Shown in pieces: positions 18,707 through 28,995 of a stretch of DNA of 64,000 nucleotides. Source of the DNA: Terrimicrobiaceae bacterium (lineage in GTDB: Bacteria > Verrucomicrobiota > Verrucomicrobiia > Chthoniobacterales > Terrimicrobiaceae); assembly GCA_041752695.1 (NCBI GenBank), contig JBGSVZ010000092.1, positions 64,001 to 128,000 on the forward strand, read 5' to 3'. A program made the position numbers and the translations under genes. Under the pieces are notes generated by a model. The model worked only from the letters and a program-made list of their open reading frames with translations, was not told the origin of the DNA and searched no databases. The stretch's first letter is position 1. Each line of letters begins with the position of its first letter.

Positions 18707-19965
18707 CGGCTGGATTCCAGCCGGAACAACATTTCGCCCGCCTTGGGCACATAAAGGATGCCTTCGTCCTCTCGATCCCTGTAGTCGGCTGGGTTGATGG
18801 TGGCAGGATCCCGGTAGCCGAGGTTAATTTCCCGGCAGACCGATTCCGGGATTCCCGTGGCCAAGGTCACTTGGATGCGGCATTTCTCGACGCCGTCCTC
18901 AAAGACCCCCATACCTCGGACGTGGGTCGAGTGCGCCAGCACGCCCCACGGGTAGTCTTTGAATCGTTCCCACTGCTTCAAAAAGTAATCCCGGCAGTGG
19001 TAGCCAAGTTCACGAATGAGCTTTCCATGGATCACGCTGATTTCGTGAATGTGGGGCGCGTAAATAATCAGCTCGCCGCCGTCCGCCACCACGGGTTCGA
19101 GTTTGTACATACATTTGCCGCCGACCCAAAGTTCATCATACATCGCGGGCGCGCACGATAGGACCGTCTGAAAGGGCTTGGCTTGGTATGTGATGTGCAG
19201 TCGGTCGGAAAGGTCGCTGGCGGCGTCCCAGGCTTGTTCCGGCGTGCCGGCGTAAATTCCGGCGAAGTTTTTTCCGTCGACCACCAGGCAAAAACATAGT
19301 TTCTCGATGGGCACCAGCTGCGCCGCACGATCCACCACCTTGCGCACCGGCGTCCACTTGTTGCCGATGATGAGCGGGTTGGTGATGACGGCTCCGAGCC
19401 AGTGGAAAAAATTCAAAATGTCGGGGCCGGCCACTCCGGGGAAAAGGTATTTGTTTCCCCCGGAAAATCCCACCACCTCATGCGGGAAGACTGGACCTAT
19501 GATGATGAGACGGTCGTAGTCGAAGAGGTGTTTGTTGATCGAAACCGGCACGTCCATCGCGAAGAGCCCGTCGGACAGTTCGCTAATATCCGCCGCGGGA
19601 ATGTGCCCGAGCGATCGCAGAGCCTCCGGGTTGTCCCACTCGTGATTGAGCAGGCGGGGCGCGGCAAACTCGCCCGCGCGTTCGGCTGCGGAAAGCTCCA
19701 GTCGTTCGCAGATGGCTTCCTCCGTCATGGGGGGATGCGTGCCCAGTGCGACCATCACATCCACCGCAGCGCATTGGGCGGCGATGGCCCGATGCAGGGT
19801 CTTAAACACAGGACCAATAGGTGCCGTACGAGTGGAGTCCGGCACGATGAGGAGAATCCTTTTTCCCGTCCAATCCTGACTCGCCGCAAATTCGGACACC
19901 GCGGATTGAATTTGTTCCGGGCTTAGGCTCTGTCCGGTAGGGGCGATTTGGGAAATAACTTTCAT
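18703..19965 (-). CDS. LarA-family (nickel-pincer) racemase/epimerase
   Basis: VPDSTRT, ALGTH, PHEVVGFSGGNK, FFH, GK..YK. Confidence 0.85.
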   Translation of the reverse strand: MKVISQIAPTGQSLSPEQIQSAVSEFAASQDWTGKRILLIVPDSTRTAPIGPVFKTLHRAIAAQCAAVDVMVALGTHPPMTEEAICERLELSAAERAGEFAAPRLLNHEWDNPEALRSLGHIPAADISELSDGLFAMDVPVSINKHLFDYDRLIIIGPVFPHEVVGFSGGNKYLFPGVAGPDILNFFHWLGAVITNPLIIGNKWTPVRKVVDRAAQLVPIEKLCFCLVVDGKNFAGIYAGTPEQAWDAASDLSDRLHITYQAKPFQTVLSCAPAMYDELWVGGKCMYKLEPVVADGGELIIYAPHIHEISVIHGKLIRELGYHCRDYFLKQWERFKDYPWGVLAHSTHVRGMGVFEDGVEKCRIQVTLATGIPESVCREINLGYRDPATINPADYRDREDEGILYVPKAGEMLFRLESSR

Positions 19966-19982
19966 GGGATGCGGCAGAAATT

Positions 19983-20012
19983 AACCACGGATGAAACGGA
20001 TTGGCACGGATG
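19983..20012. repeat. Three ACGGAT-core units with about 9-10 nt period
   Basis: AACCACGGATGAAACGGATTGGCACGGATG between the SDR and LarA genes. Confidence 0.6.
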
Positions 20013-20025
20013 GAGAAACGCCATC

Positions 20026-20838
20026 CTAGATGGTTTGCGAAAGAAATCCCCCGTCCACGCGGATGTCCGTGCCGGTGATAAAGCTGCTGGCTTTGTCACT
20101 GGCCAGAAAAACTGTGGCCCCGGCTAATTCGTGGGCCTGACCGAACCGTCCCATCGGGGTGTGGCCGAGAATCGACGCGGCCCGGGGAGTGGGGGAGCCG
20201 TCGTCGTTGAAGAGAAGGCGGCGGTTTTGTTCGGCCGGAAAAAATCCCGGTGTGATCGTATTCACCCGCACGCCCTTCGGAGCCCACTCGCGGGCAAGGA
20301 AGAGGGTGAGGTTCAGCACGGCAGCCTTGGCGGCTGAATAGGCTACGACACGGGACAGGGGCAGATGCGCGGAAACGCTGGCGATGTTGATGATGCTTCC
20401 GCGGCCGACCGCAAACATGGCCGGTCCGAATTCCTGGCAGGGCAGAAGCAGTCCTCCCACCAAATTGAGGTCGAAACTTTTCGCCCAATCCTCCGCCGTG
20501 ATGTTCTCAAAAGAATTCTCCGGAGTCACGGTCACCTTGGGATCATTGCCCCCGGCGGCATTGACCAACACGCTTGTTGCGCCGAATTTTGCGGCCACGG
20601 CCTCCCGCAATCCCCGCAGACTGTCCCGGGACGAAGCGTCCACCTCGAAAAATTCCGCGGTGCCGCCGGTTTCGCGGATGGCGGCACACCGGGCCTCACC
20701 CCGCTCGCGGCTGCGTCCGGCGACGGCCACTTTTGCTCCGGCGGCCGCCAAGGCTTCCGCCATTCCACCGCCCAGCACACCTGTGCCGCCGATCACGGTG
20801 GCGACGGCATCAGAAAGATCGAAAAGTTGATTTGTCAT
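20026..20838 (-). CDS. SDR oxidoreductase, D-mannonate/gluconate dehydrogenase-like; alternative start at 20850
   Basis: GGTGVLG, LVNAAGGN, YSAAK, PGFFPAEQN, VDGGF. Confidence 0.87.
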   Translation of the reverse strand: MTNQLFDLSDAVATVIGGTGVLGGGMAEALAAAGAKVAVAGRSRERGEARCAAIRETGGTAEFFEVDASSRDSLRGLREAVAAKFGATSVLVNAAGGNDPKVTVTPENSFENITAEDWAKSFDLNLVGGLLLPCQEFGPAMFAVGRGSIINIASVSAHLPLSRVVAYSAAKAAVLNLTLFLAREWAPKGVRVNTITPGFFPAEQNRRLLFNDDGSPTPRAASILGHTPMGRFGQAHELAGATVFLASDKASSFITGTDIRVDGGFLSQTI

Positions 20839-20905
20839 GGGACCCATCATTCAATGGCTCCCAGATCGCGGCGTCAATCTTTGGTGCCGCGGCGCGGAAG
20901 GCGTC

Positions 20906-23200
20906 TCAGAGTTGTTTCTCTGCGGTCAACTGGTGAACCCCCGGCCCCAATTCCCCGCCGTCCCAAGCAAACCCCTTCGGTGCGGAAAACCGGCCTCTCG
21001 ACCCCTCGGGCACGGTGAGTTCCACCTCGAGCGAGCTGTCTTTCAGTTCCCAACTAATCCCCGCCTCGCCGCGGGGCGTTTGCAGGTGGGCGGAAGCATG
21101 GGTGAGCGTGCCGCCGGGCCGTGGGCGGAAAATCACCGTCCTGTACCCGGGATCAGCCGGGTCGAGTTCCAGCCCCGCCACCGTGCGGTACATCCACGCC
21201 CCCACGGCTCCGTAGGCGTAGTGATTGAAAGAGTTCATCCCGTGGTCCTGGAAGCCTTTTTCCGGTGTCCAGCCATCCCAGCGTTCCCAGATCGTCGTCG
21301 CGCCGTTTTTGATCGGAAAAATCCAGGAGGGAAACGTCTCCTGTTCCAGGAGTTTGTAGGCAATTTCGAGATGTCCGTGCGCTTCCAGCACGTCCAGCAC
21401 ATAAGGCGTTCCCACAAACCCGGTCGCGAGATGGAACCCGCGTTCCTCCACATGGCGGGCGAGTGCTCCCGCCACGGTGGCGGTCAGGTCCGGCGGGACC
21501 AGGTTAAAATGCAGCGCCAGCACTGCGGCGGTCTGCGTTCCGGCCGTCAGCAAACCATCCGCCGTCAAAAAGCGTTTCTGAAACGCGGCGACCACTTTTC
21601 CATGCAGGTCACGGTATGCCGCGGCATCGTCCGCGTGCCCGAGCACGGTGGCGATCTTGGCCAGCAGCTCCGCGTCGTAGGCCAGGAACGCCGTCCCGAT
21701 CAGGTCCTTGGGCGTGATTCCCTCCAACACGCCGCTGCCGTCCAGCGCCAGCCAGTCGCCGTATCCTCCCCATTCCGTGAGGTCGGGATGGGAGCGGATG
21801 AGGTCCTTGCTCCGGTGCTGAACCAGAAAATCGAGGTAGCGTTTCATGCTCTCGTAGTGGTCGGCCAGGATTGTCGTGTCCCCGTAACACAGGTAGATGG
21901 TCCAGGGGCAAATGATCGTGGCGTCGGACCACGCCGGCCCGCCATCCTCGCGGCCGGGGATAAAATTTTCGTTCGGAACGACGGAGGGGACACCCCCGCG
22001 GGACGTCTGCGCATCCCGGACGTCGCGCATCCATTTGTGAAAAAACCCCCGCACATCCATGTTGAAGCATGCCGTCCGCACAAACACCTGGGCGTCGCCC
22101 GTCCAGCCGAGGCGCTCGTCCCGCTGCGGGCAGTCGGTCGGGACTTCCAGAAAATTGCTTTTCTGTCCCCAGACAATGTTTTGCTGAAGCTGATTGAGAA
22201 GCGGGTTTGAGCAGTGGAACTCCCCGGTTGGTGGCGTGTCGGAGTGCAGCACGATGCCTGTGATTTCCAGCGCCGCGTCCGGCCCGAGTCGTGAAGTTTC
22301 CGCCTCGACATAGCGGAACCCGTGGAAGGTGAAACGGGGTTCCCAGCACTCTGCCGCCCCGCCCTTGCACGTGTAATAGTCGGTGCAGCGTGCGCCGCGC
22401 AGATTTTCGATGTAAAGCGTGCCGTTGGGATTCAGCACCTCTGCGTAGCGAAACCGCACCACGGCGCCGCGGGGTGCCGTGACCGTGATCCGGATGCGGC
22501 CGGAAAAATTTTGTCCGAAGTCATAGATGCGGTGGTTCTGCTGCCAGACCGGACCGTCTTTGATCAGGGTAGGGGAGATCTCTCCGAGGCGTCGGACGCC
22601 CGGCCCGAGGGACGCGGAAAGTTCCGGTTCGTTTTCGGGCGTAAAAGGAAGGGATGCCCCCCAATTTTCCCCGGAAAATCCGGGCGAAGACCACCCGGTT
22701 GGCTCTGCCCGGGCATCGTAGTCCTCGCCCATCAGAAAGTCACTTTGGGCGATGGCCCCCGGCGCGGTTCGCCAGGTCGGATCGGTCAGGATGGTCGTGG
22801 TCGAGCCATCGACAAACCGGATCTCCAAAGCGGCTCGCAGCGCCGGCCGGTTGCCATAAACCCGCCGCCCTTTCCAAGCGATGTGGCCACAATACCAGCC
22901 GTCTCCCAGGATCGCGCCCAGCACGTTTTCGCCGGGTTGAAGAAGGGTGGTAACGTCATACGTCTGCACCTGCACGCGCTTCCCGTAGTTCGTCCATCCC
23001 GGAGCAAAGATCCGGTCGCCCACCGGCTGTCCGTTGACCTCCGCCTCATACAGTCCAAGGGCCGTGATGTGCAGGGTGGCTTGGGCGACGGGGCTAGGCA
23101 GAAAAAATTCTTTGCGAAAATAGGGGGCAGGGGCGCTGCAATCCGCCCCGCCGCTGAAGCGGGAAGAAATCCACTGGGCGAGGGCAATAGAGGGAATCAT
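20906..23200 (-). CDS. GH78 alpha-L-rhamnosidase, no signal peptide
   Basis: DFGQNFSG, FTFHGFRY, PTDCPQRDERLGWTGD, GATTIWERW, MNSFNHYAYG. Confidence 0.93.
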   Translation of the reverse strand: MIPSIALAQWISSRFSGGADCSAPAPYFRKEFFLPSPVAQATLHITALGLYEAEVNGQPVGDRIFAPGWTNYGKRVQVQTYDVTTLLQPGENVLGAILGDGWYCGHIAWKGRRVYGNRPALRAALEIRFVDGSTTTILTDPTWRTAPGAIAQSDFLMGEDYDARAEPTGWSSPGFSGENWGASLPFTPENEPELSASLGPGVRRLGEISPTLIKDGPVWQQNHRIYDFGQNFSGRIRITVTAPRGAVVRFRYAEVLNPNGTLYIENLRGARCTDYYTCKGGAAECWEPRFTFHGFRYVEAETSRLGPDAALEITGIVLHSDTPPTGEFHCSNPLLNQLQQNIVWGQKSNFLEVPTDCPQRDERLGWTGDAQVFVRTACFNMDVRGFFHKWMRDVRDAQTSRGGVPSVVPNENFIPGREDGGPAWSDATIICPWTIYLCYGDTTILADHYESMKRYLDFLVQHRSKDLIRSHPDLTEWGGYGDWLALDGSGVLEGITPKDLIGTAFLAYDAELLAKIATVLGHADDAAAYRDLHGKVVAAFQKRFLTADGLLTAGTQTAAVLALHFNLVPPDLTATVAGALARHVEERGFHLATGFVGTPYVLDVLEAHGHLEIAYKLLEQETFPSWIFPIKNGATTIWERWDGWTPEKGFQDHGMNSFNHYAYGAVGAWMYRTVAGLELDPADPGYRTVIFRPRPGGTLTHASAHLQTPRGEAGISWELKDSSLEVELTVPEGSRGRFSAPKGFAWDGGELGPGVHQLTAEKQL

Positions 23201-23272
23201 TCGGGCAGACTACCAGAACCGAATCGGCGATTCCTTGAAAATACCGCCAAAAACCAGCACGATCCCGCCACC

Positions 23273-24190
23273 ATGAAAACCGCGGTCATTCCTCCCCATC
23301 ATTTTCTGCATCCCCGGGCGCAGGTGGCGGTTCGCCGGGAACCTGCGCAGTGTGAAATGCGATCGCACCGCCATGAGTTTATTGAAATTGTCTTCATTCT
23401 TGGCGGGAAGGGCCAGCACGTCACCGGGGACGTCCGGCACGAGGTCGGTGCGGGTGATGTTTTTGTCATCAACAACCGCCGTAGTCATGGATACGAACAG
23501 ACGCGGGGATTGCATCTGCTCAACCTTCTGGTGCGCGACGACGCACTGGGTGAGGCCCGGCAGGAACTTGGCTTTCTCCCCGGCTTTCATGCTCTTTTTA
23601 CCTTGGAACCCGTCCGCTGGCGGCGGCGCGATTTTACCGCCCGACTCCGCCTGACGCCGCGCGAAATGCGGACGGTGGCTGTCTGGCTCGACGCTCTGGA
23701 GGCCGAGTCCACCCGCGATAAGGATGGGGGCCGATTCCTCGCCCGGAGTTGGTTGATGCTCGTCATCGGGTTTCTGGCCCGGTGTCATGGCGACCGTCCG
23801 GAGCGCTCCGGGGAAACCGACGGTCGTCTGGCCCGGTTGCTTTCCCGCCTCGATGGCAGGCCTGAAAGTGAATACCTCCTGGAGGATCTGGCGAGGGAGG
23901 CGGGGATGTCCGAGAGGTCGTTTCTCCGCCATTTCCGGGAAGTAACGGGGTGTTCTCCCGCCGACTATGTGATCCGCGCGCGCATCGGCAAGGCCGTGCA
24001 TCTGCTGGACGAGGAGGATCATCGCGTTCCCATCACGGAAATCGCCTTTCGGTGCGGATTTGCCGACAGCAACTATTTCGCGAGGCAGTTCCGGCGTGTC
24101 ACGGGAACTTCACCCCGCCTCCACCGGGCGGCGAATGGGCGGATCCGTGCCTCCCGCCCTTCGCGGGATTTGGGGGAAATCCGGACGTAA
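23273..24190 (+). CDS. AraC family regulator (RhaR/RhaS-like)
   Basis: Cupin HRHEFIEIV; C-terminal ITEIAFRCGFADSNYFARQF; divergent from the GH78 gene. Confidence 0.9.
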   Translation: MKTAVIPPHHFLHPRAQVAVRREPAQCEMRSHRHEFIEIVFILGGKGQHVTGDVRHEVGAGDVFVINNRRSHGYEQTRGLHLLNLLVRDDALGEARQELGFLPGFHALFTLEPVRWRRRDFTARLRLTPREMRTVAVWLDALEAESTRDKDGGRFLARSWLMLVIGFLARCHGDRPERSGETDGRLARLLSRLDGRPESEYLLEDLAREAGMSERSFLRHFREVTGCSPADYVIRARIGKAVHLLDEEDHRVPITEIAFRCGFADSNYFARQFRRVTGTSPRLHRAANGRIRASRPSRDLGEIRT

Positions 24191-24323
24191 TGCACCGAAC
24201 CGCGTGCGCGATTGCCCCACGGGAGGGCTGTCCGGCATTTCACGTTGGGGGTGATGACGCCGGACAAACGATTTTCAGATTTTCGTGTGACATTCCCGGT
24301 TCGTGCTATTGTCACGTGCTCTC

Positions 24324-24635
24324 GTGAATTCCAAACCAACCATCGACCGCTCGCTTCTTCATCCTGAATCCAACAAGGCCCTGGCCATGGACGCGGAGGG
24401 GAAGTGGCTGAGCTATTCCGAAGTTCCCGTGGCGGACGAGGTTGGCTGGCTCAAGCCCTCGGTGGATACGGTCTGTTTTCGGATCCCCGAATCCCGGGCG
24501 CCAAACTGGAAGGGTGACTGGCGTCAGTCTTTGGTGGTGTTCGAGGAAGTGGAGGCCCCCGGCCGTCGGGTGGTGCCTCAACAACCCGTCCGCAAGTTTG
24601 GCTGGGGCCGGGCGAAATCGGCTTCGGCGGCTTAA
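24324..24635 (+). CDS. Small hypothetical protein (GTG start uncertain)
   Basis: ORF with protein-like composition filling the gap between the araC-type gene and opgG. Confidence 0.55.
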   Translation: MNSKPTIDRSLLHPESNKALAMDAEGKWLSYSEVPVADEVGWLKPSVDTVCFRIPESRAPNWKGDWRQSLVVFEEVEAPGRRVVPQQPVRKFGWGRAKSASAA

Positions 24636-24718
24636 GCGTTCATCCGGCGGCGGGTGTTGCATTTTTTTCGGCTCGACCCATCCTCCCGGAGCTGGCTTCC
24701 GTATGAAGGGATAGGGAT

Positions 24719-26230
24719 ATGAAGACGCATTTGGTATTTGGGCTGTTGACCGCTCTGCTCCTGGTCATTGTGATCGGCAGCCGCCGGGGAGATGCGTTTG
24801 GGTTTGAGGACGTGGTGGTGATCGCCGAGAGGATGGCGCGGGAGAATTATATGTCCGCGGTGCCCACGTTGCCGAAGTCGTTGCGCGAGCTGAATTATGA
24901 TCAGCTGCGCGACATCCGGTGGAAAAACGAACGAACCCTTTGGCGACGGGAGGGGTTGCCGTTCCAGGCGCGCTTTTATCACCTGGGTTCGATGAGCGAT
25001 CGGCCGGTGCAAATTTACGTCCTGCCGGACAGTCCCACGGAACCCCTGCGCTATTCGCAGGACTTTTTTGATTTTGGCAAAAATGAGATCATCGAAAAAT
25101 TTCCCCCAACGCTCGGATACGCCGGCTTTCGGATTCACCATCCCCTGAACAAGCCCGATGTGCTGGATGAATTGGTCTCGTTTCTCGGCGCGTCGTATTT
25201 TCGCGCCCTGCCCAAAGATCTTCAGTATGGCGCGAGTGCCAGGGGACTGGCGATCGACACGGAAGTTAAAAAACGGAAAGAGGAGTTTCCGGTCTTTACA
25301 AAATTCTGGCTGAAACGGCCGGACCGCTCCGCGAGGCAGTTGACAATTTACGCGCTCCTGGAGGGATTGAGTGTGACGGGAGCCTATCAGTTTGAGGTGC
25401 AGCCAGGGGTCGAGACCCGCATGGCGGTGAAGGCCGTTTTGTTTTTCCGCAAGAAATTGGACGAAGTGGGCTATGCGCCGCTGACGAGCATGTTTTGGTT
25501 TGGGGAAAACACGAGCAACACCTTTGGGGATTTTCGGCCGGAGGTGCATGATTCCGACGGGCTTCTGATGCACCGGAGTTCGGGCGAGTGGGTGTGGCGT
25601 CCACTGGCGTGGGCGAGGCAGCTTCAAGTCAATGTCTTCGCCGACGATCATCCCAAAGGCTTCGGGCTGATGCAGCGGGATCGGGATTTTAACCACTATC
25701 AGGATCTGGAGGCGGTGTATCACAAACGCCCCAGCATCTGGGTGCAGCCGCAGTGGGGCTTCGACAAGGGGGCGGTGCGGTTGGTGCAACTTCCGACGAA
25801 GGATGAATACATGGACAACGTGGTGGCCTTCTGGACTCCCGCCGATCCGCCCCCGCTGCTCCAGCCAGTCCGGGTGGAATACACCCTGCGTTGGATCAAC
25901 GAGGCCGACGATCTGCCACCGGTTGGCCGGGTGCTCTCAACGCGGGTGGACGATCAGGATAAACCGTATTACCGGCATTTTTTCATCGAGTTCTCGTCGG
26001 CCCCAAACGCCCCCTGGAAGCCCGAGGAGATCCCCACGGTGGATTGCGCATCGTCCACCGGCGCGACGATTTCGGAACTCAAGCCGGAGTGGAACGACTT
26101 TAATAAAACCTGGCGGGTGAGTTTTTATGCGAGCACGCCGGAAAGTAACAAACCGCATGAACTGACCTGCCGTCTTTTGGCCGGGGAAAAAGCCGTCACG
26201 GAAACCTGGAGCTACACATGGATGCCTTAG
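24719..26230 (+). CDS. opgG: Periplasmic glucan biosynthesis protein G/D
   Basis: FLGASYFRA, YGASARGLAIDT, EEFPVF, RPEVHDSDGL, DNVVAFW, TETWSY. Confidence 0.92.
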   Translation: MKTHLVFGLLTALLLVIVIGSRRGDAFGFEDVVVIAERMARENYMSAVPTLPKSLRELNYDQLRDIRWKNERTLWRREGLPFQARFYHLGSMSDRPVQIYVLPDSPTEPLRYSQDFFDFGKNEIIEKFPPTLGYAGFRIHHPLNKPDVLDELVSFLGASYFRALPKDLQYGASARGLAIDTEVKKRKEEFPVFTKFWLKRPDRSARQLTIYALLEGLSVTGAYQFEVQPGVETRMAVKAVLFFRKKLDEVGYAPLTSMFWFGENTSNTFGDFRPEVHDSDGLLMHRSSGEWVWRPLAWARQLQVNVFADDHPKGFGLMQRDRDFNHYQDLEAVYHKRPSIWVQPQWGFDKGAVRLVQLPTKDEYMDNVVAFWTPADPPPLLQPVRVEYTLRWINEADDLPPVGRVLSTRVDDQDKPYYRHFFIEFSSAPNAPWKPEEIPTVDCASSTGATISELKPEWNDFNKTWRVSFYASTPESNKPHELTCRLLAGEKAVTETWSYTWMP

Positions 26231-26757
26231 ATCAACAAGGCGCGTGGGATGAGGCCACCCAGAGGGTGATGGTTTATTTTTCGCACCTGGAAATGGGGGG
26301 CGACGAGCACCGCACCCGGGAGACACTGCGGGTGATCGAGCGCGCGCGTTCCCTGTGTTCCTCCGATCCGGCTCTCCATCCCGTGGCAGCGGCCATGACC
26401 GAGGCGGCGGACGCGTTGCAGGCCTGGTATGGCAGGGTCCTCCCCGGAACTAGCGTCGAGGCAGGAATCGTCACCTCGCTGGCCTCGGGAGCGGGGCGGG
26501 CCTGGCCGAACGCCGTCTTGTCCGACTCCCCGCCGGCGGATCTGGCTGCGCGCCTTGCGGACACCTCCGTGCAGGCGGGGCCGGAGCTGGCGCTGTCCAG
26601 CATGGCGGCGCAGGAGATGAACTTTGGCGCGATGGAAACGATCGCGCAGGAGACCTGGCAGAAATTTGACTGGGCACCGGTGCTGCGCGCGGCCGCGCTT
26701 TGGACGGCCCTCTTTTTTCTGACCCTCTACGTCTACGATCGATTTTTTGCGCCATGA
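26218..26757 (+). CDS. Hypothetical protein with C-terminal TM helix, coupled between opgG and opgH
   Basis: Overlaps the opgG end and the opgH start (ATGA); helical N-terminal part, hydrophobic C-terminus. Confidence 0.75.
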   Translation: MDALDQQGAWDEATQRVMVYFSHLEMGGDEHRTRETLRVIERARSLCSSDPALHPVAAAMTEAADALQAWYGRVLPGTSVEAGIVTSLASGAGRAWPNAVLSDSPPADLAARLADTSVQAGPELALSSMAAQEMNFGAMETIAQETWQKFDWAPVLRAAALWTALFFLTLYVYDRFFAP

Positions 26758-28868
26758 GTGAGCTTTTCCAACCCCTCAAGCTCACGGCGGATTTTGTCGC
26801 CTTCCGCCGGGCTTCTTTTTTCGGCGCGATCCTGGCCACCACGGGCCTGGGCGCGTGGCTGCTATGGCGAACCTTTGCACCAGAAGGAATCTCCGGACTG
26901 GAGGGCGTCCAGATGGTTCTTTTCGTCCTGCTCTTCCAGCAGATTGCCACCGGCTTCTGGCTGGTGATTTTCGGATTTATTACGACCCTACTCGGCGGCG
27001 ACCGGGCGCAAATCTCCCGGACCATCCCGCTGGAGCTGGAGGAGTTGGAGAATGCGCCGCCCACCGCCATCGTGCTTCCCATTTATAACGAGGATGTGGA
27101 ACGAGTCTTCCGCGGAGTGGAGGCCATGTGGCGTGGCCTGCAGGAGCGAGGCGGTGACAAGGGGTTTGATTTTTTCATCCTGAGCGATTCCAACCGGCCG
27201 GAAAATTGGCTGGCCGAGGAAATGGCGTGGCTGGAGTTGTGTCGGAAACTCGACGCCTTCGGACGGATTTTTTACCGTAAACGCCGTGTGTCGCGGAACA
27301 GCAAGAGTGGCAATGTGGCCGATTTTTGCCGCCGGTGGGGCGCGCGCTATCGGTACATGATCGTGCTTGACGCCGATAGTGTGATGACCGGACGCCTTCT
27401 CACCCGTCTGGTGGCCATGATGGAGCGTAATCCCCGCGTGGGCCTCATCCAGACTTCCCCGCAACTTGCGCTGGGGGGGACTTTTTTTCGTCGCATCCAG
27501 CAGTTTGCCGCCAGACTGTACGCGCCCCTTTTTGCGGCGGGTTCCAACTACTGGCATCTTTTTGGGGCTAACTACTGGGGACACAATGCGATCCTGCGCT
27601 TGCGGCCCTTCATGGAATCCTGCGATCTGCCGGATCTGCCCGAACCCGAGTCGCATCGGCGGCATATTTTCAGTCATGATACGGTGGAGGCCGCCTTGAT
27701 GCGCAAGGCGGGCTACGATGTGTGGTTCGCTTATGCCGAAGAGGGCAGTTATGAGGAGGGTCCGCCGAATCTCAGTGACAGCCTCGCGCGCGACCGGCGG
27801 TGGAGTCTGGGAAATCTGCAGCATTTTTGGTTCCTCTTTGCCCCGGGCATCGACTTCGCCAATCGCTTCCATATCTGGACGGGCGTGATGGCGTATCTCT
27901 CGTCGCCACTTTGGCTGCTCTTTCTCATCACAGGCGTGGTCGACCTTGCCTTCAAACGTCAGTTCTCGCTGCTGGCCGCCCTGCCCGGGGGAAGCGTCCT
28001 GCCGGTCGGTGGCGCGGTTCCGATTCTCCTCATCGCGACGCTGGTCGTGTTATTCCTGCCGAAGATCCTCGCCATGCTGCTCGCCTTGCCGAGGGCCAAG
28101 CGATTCGGGGGAGCGGCCAGCCTGGTGCTGTCGACTCTGATCGAAACTGCGATCTGGACGCTGCTCGCGCCCGCCGTGATGATCTATTACACGCAGTTTG
28201 TCGTGATGAATCTTGCAGGCCTGCAAATTCATTGGAGTTCGCAGAATCGGTCGGACGATCACGGACCGGGCTTTTGGGAAAGCTGCCGTGTTTTCTGGCT
28301 GCCCCCGGTATTGGGAGTGTTGGCCACGGCCGCCGTGATTGCCTGGTCGCCTCAGGAACTCCCGTGGCTAAGTCCGATCCTCGCCGGCTGGCTGCTGGCA
28401 CCGGTTCTGGCCTGGCTGACCGCCCAGCCCTGGTTGGGGGCGTGGAGTCGGCGGCGGGGGCTATTTTTCATTCCCGAGGAAAATCCCGAGACGTGCCCCG
28501 AGGAATTGGCCTTTGTGGGGAGGGATGGTGCGTTCCCAAAATCACCGGGAGTTGCGCCAGCCTTCCGTGGCATCGCGAGGGCGGTGGCGGATCCCGTGGC
28601 CCACGCCGTGCACGTCAGCCTGCTGCGCAAACGGGGACGCATGACGCCGGATTCGGCGGTCTATTTGGAATCTTTGCGGAAGCGCCTGCTGGCGGAGGGT
28701 CCTCACGCGCTTGATCAGCGGCAAATTCTTGCCCTACTTTGGGATGCCGATTCTCTTCGTTGGCTCCATCGCACATTTTGGATCACGCCCGGAAACCAGT
28801 TGCACCCCTGGTGGCGAGAATGTTTAGCCACATTAGTGAGCGGTCCCCATCGTTTCGATCCCGCTTAA
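26754..28868 (+). CDS. opgH: Glucans biosynthesis glucosyltransferase H
   Basis: PIYNED, FILSDS, KSGNVADF, VLDADSVM, YWGHNAI, SHDTVEA, RDRRWSLGN; multiple TM segments. Confidence 0.93.
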   Translation: MSELFQPLKLTADFVAFRRASFFGAILATTGLGAWLLWRTFAPEGISGLEGVQMVLFVLLFQQIATGFWLVIFGFITTLLGGDRAQISRTIPLELEELENAPPTAIVLPIYNEDVERVFRGVEAMWRGLQERGGDKGFDFFILSDSNRPENWLAEEMAWLELCRKLDAFGRIFYRKRRVSRNSKSGNVADFCRRWGARYRYMIVLDADSVMTGRLLTRLVAMMERNPRVGLIQTSPQLALGGTFFRRIQQFAARLYAPLFAAGSNYWHLFGANYWGHNAILRLRPFMESCDLPDLPEPESHRRHIFSHDTVEAALMRKAGYDVWFAYAEEGSYEEGPPNLSDSLARDRRWSLGNLQHFWFLFAPGIDFANRFHIWTGVMAYLSSPLWLLFLITGVVDLAFKRQFSLLAALPGGSVLPVGGAVPILLIATLVVLFLPKILAMLLALPRAKRFGGAASLVLSTLIETAIWTLLAPAVMIYYTQFVVMNLAGLQIHWSSQNRSDDHGPGFWESCRVFWLPPVLGVLATAAVIAWSPQELPWLSPILAGWLLAPVLAWLTAQPWLGAWSRRRGLFFIPEENPETCPEELAFVGRDGAFPKSPGVAPAFRGIARAVADPVAHAVHVSLLRKRGRMTPDSAVYLESLRKRLLAEGPHALDQRQILALLWDADSLRWLHRTFWITPGNQLHPWWRECLATLVSGPHRFDPA

Positions 28869-28995
28869 GGATAAGGGGATACTGATTTTTTCATTTGCGA
28901 CAAAGGGGTTTTGACCGCAAGGGAAGGGTGGTATGATTAAGTTCGGTCACGTCGATAGGTTCGTGCTTCAGGGGGCCGGCCTTTTTTCCGCCCAG

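Noticed and set aside
22322..23272. N-terminal 317 aa of the 622-aa AraC ORF
   Set aside because: Mostly antisense to the GH78 gene; the AraC cupin begins after the ATG at 23273.
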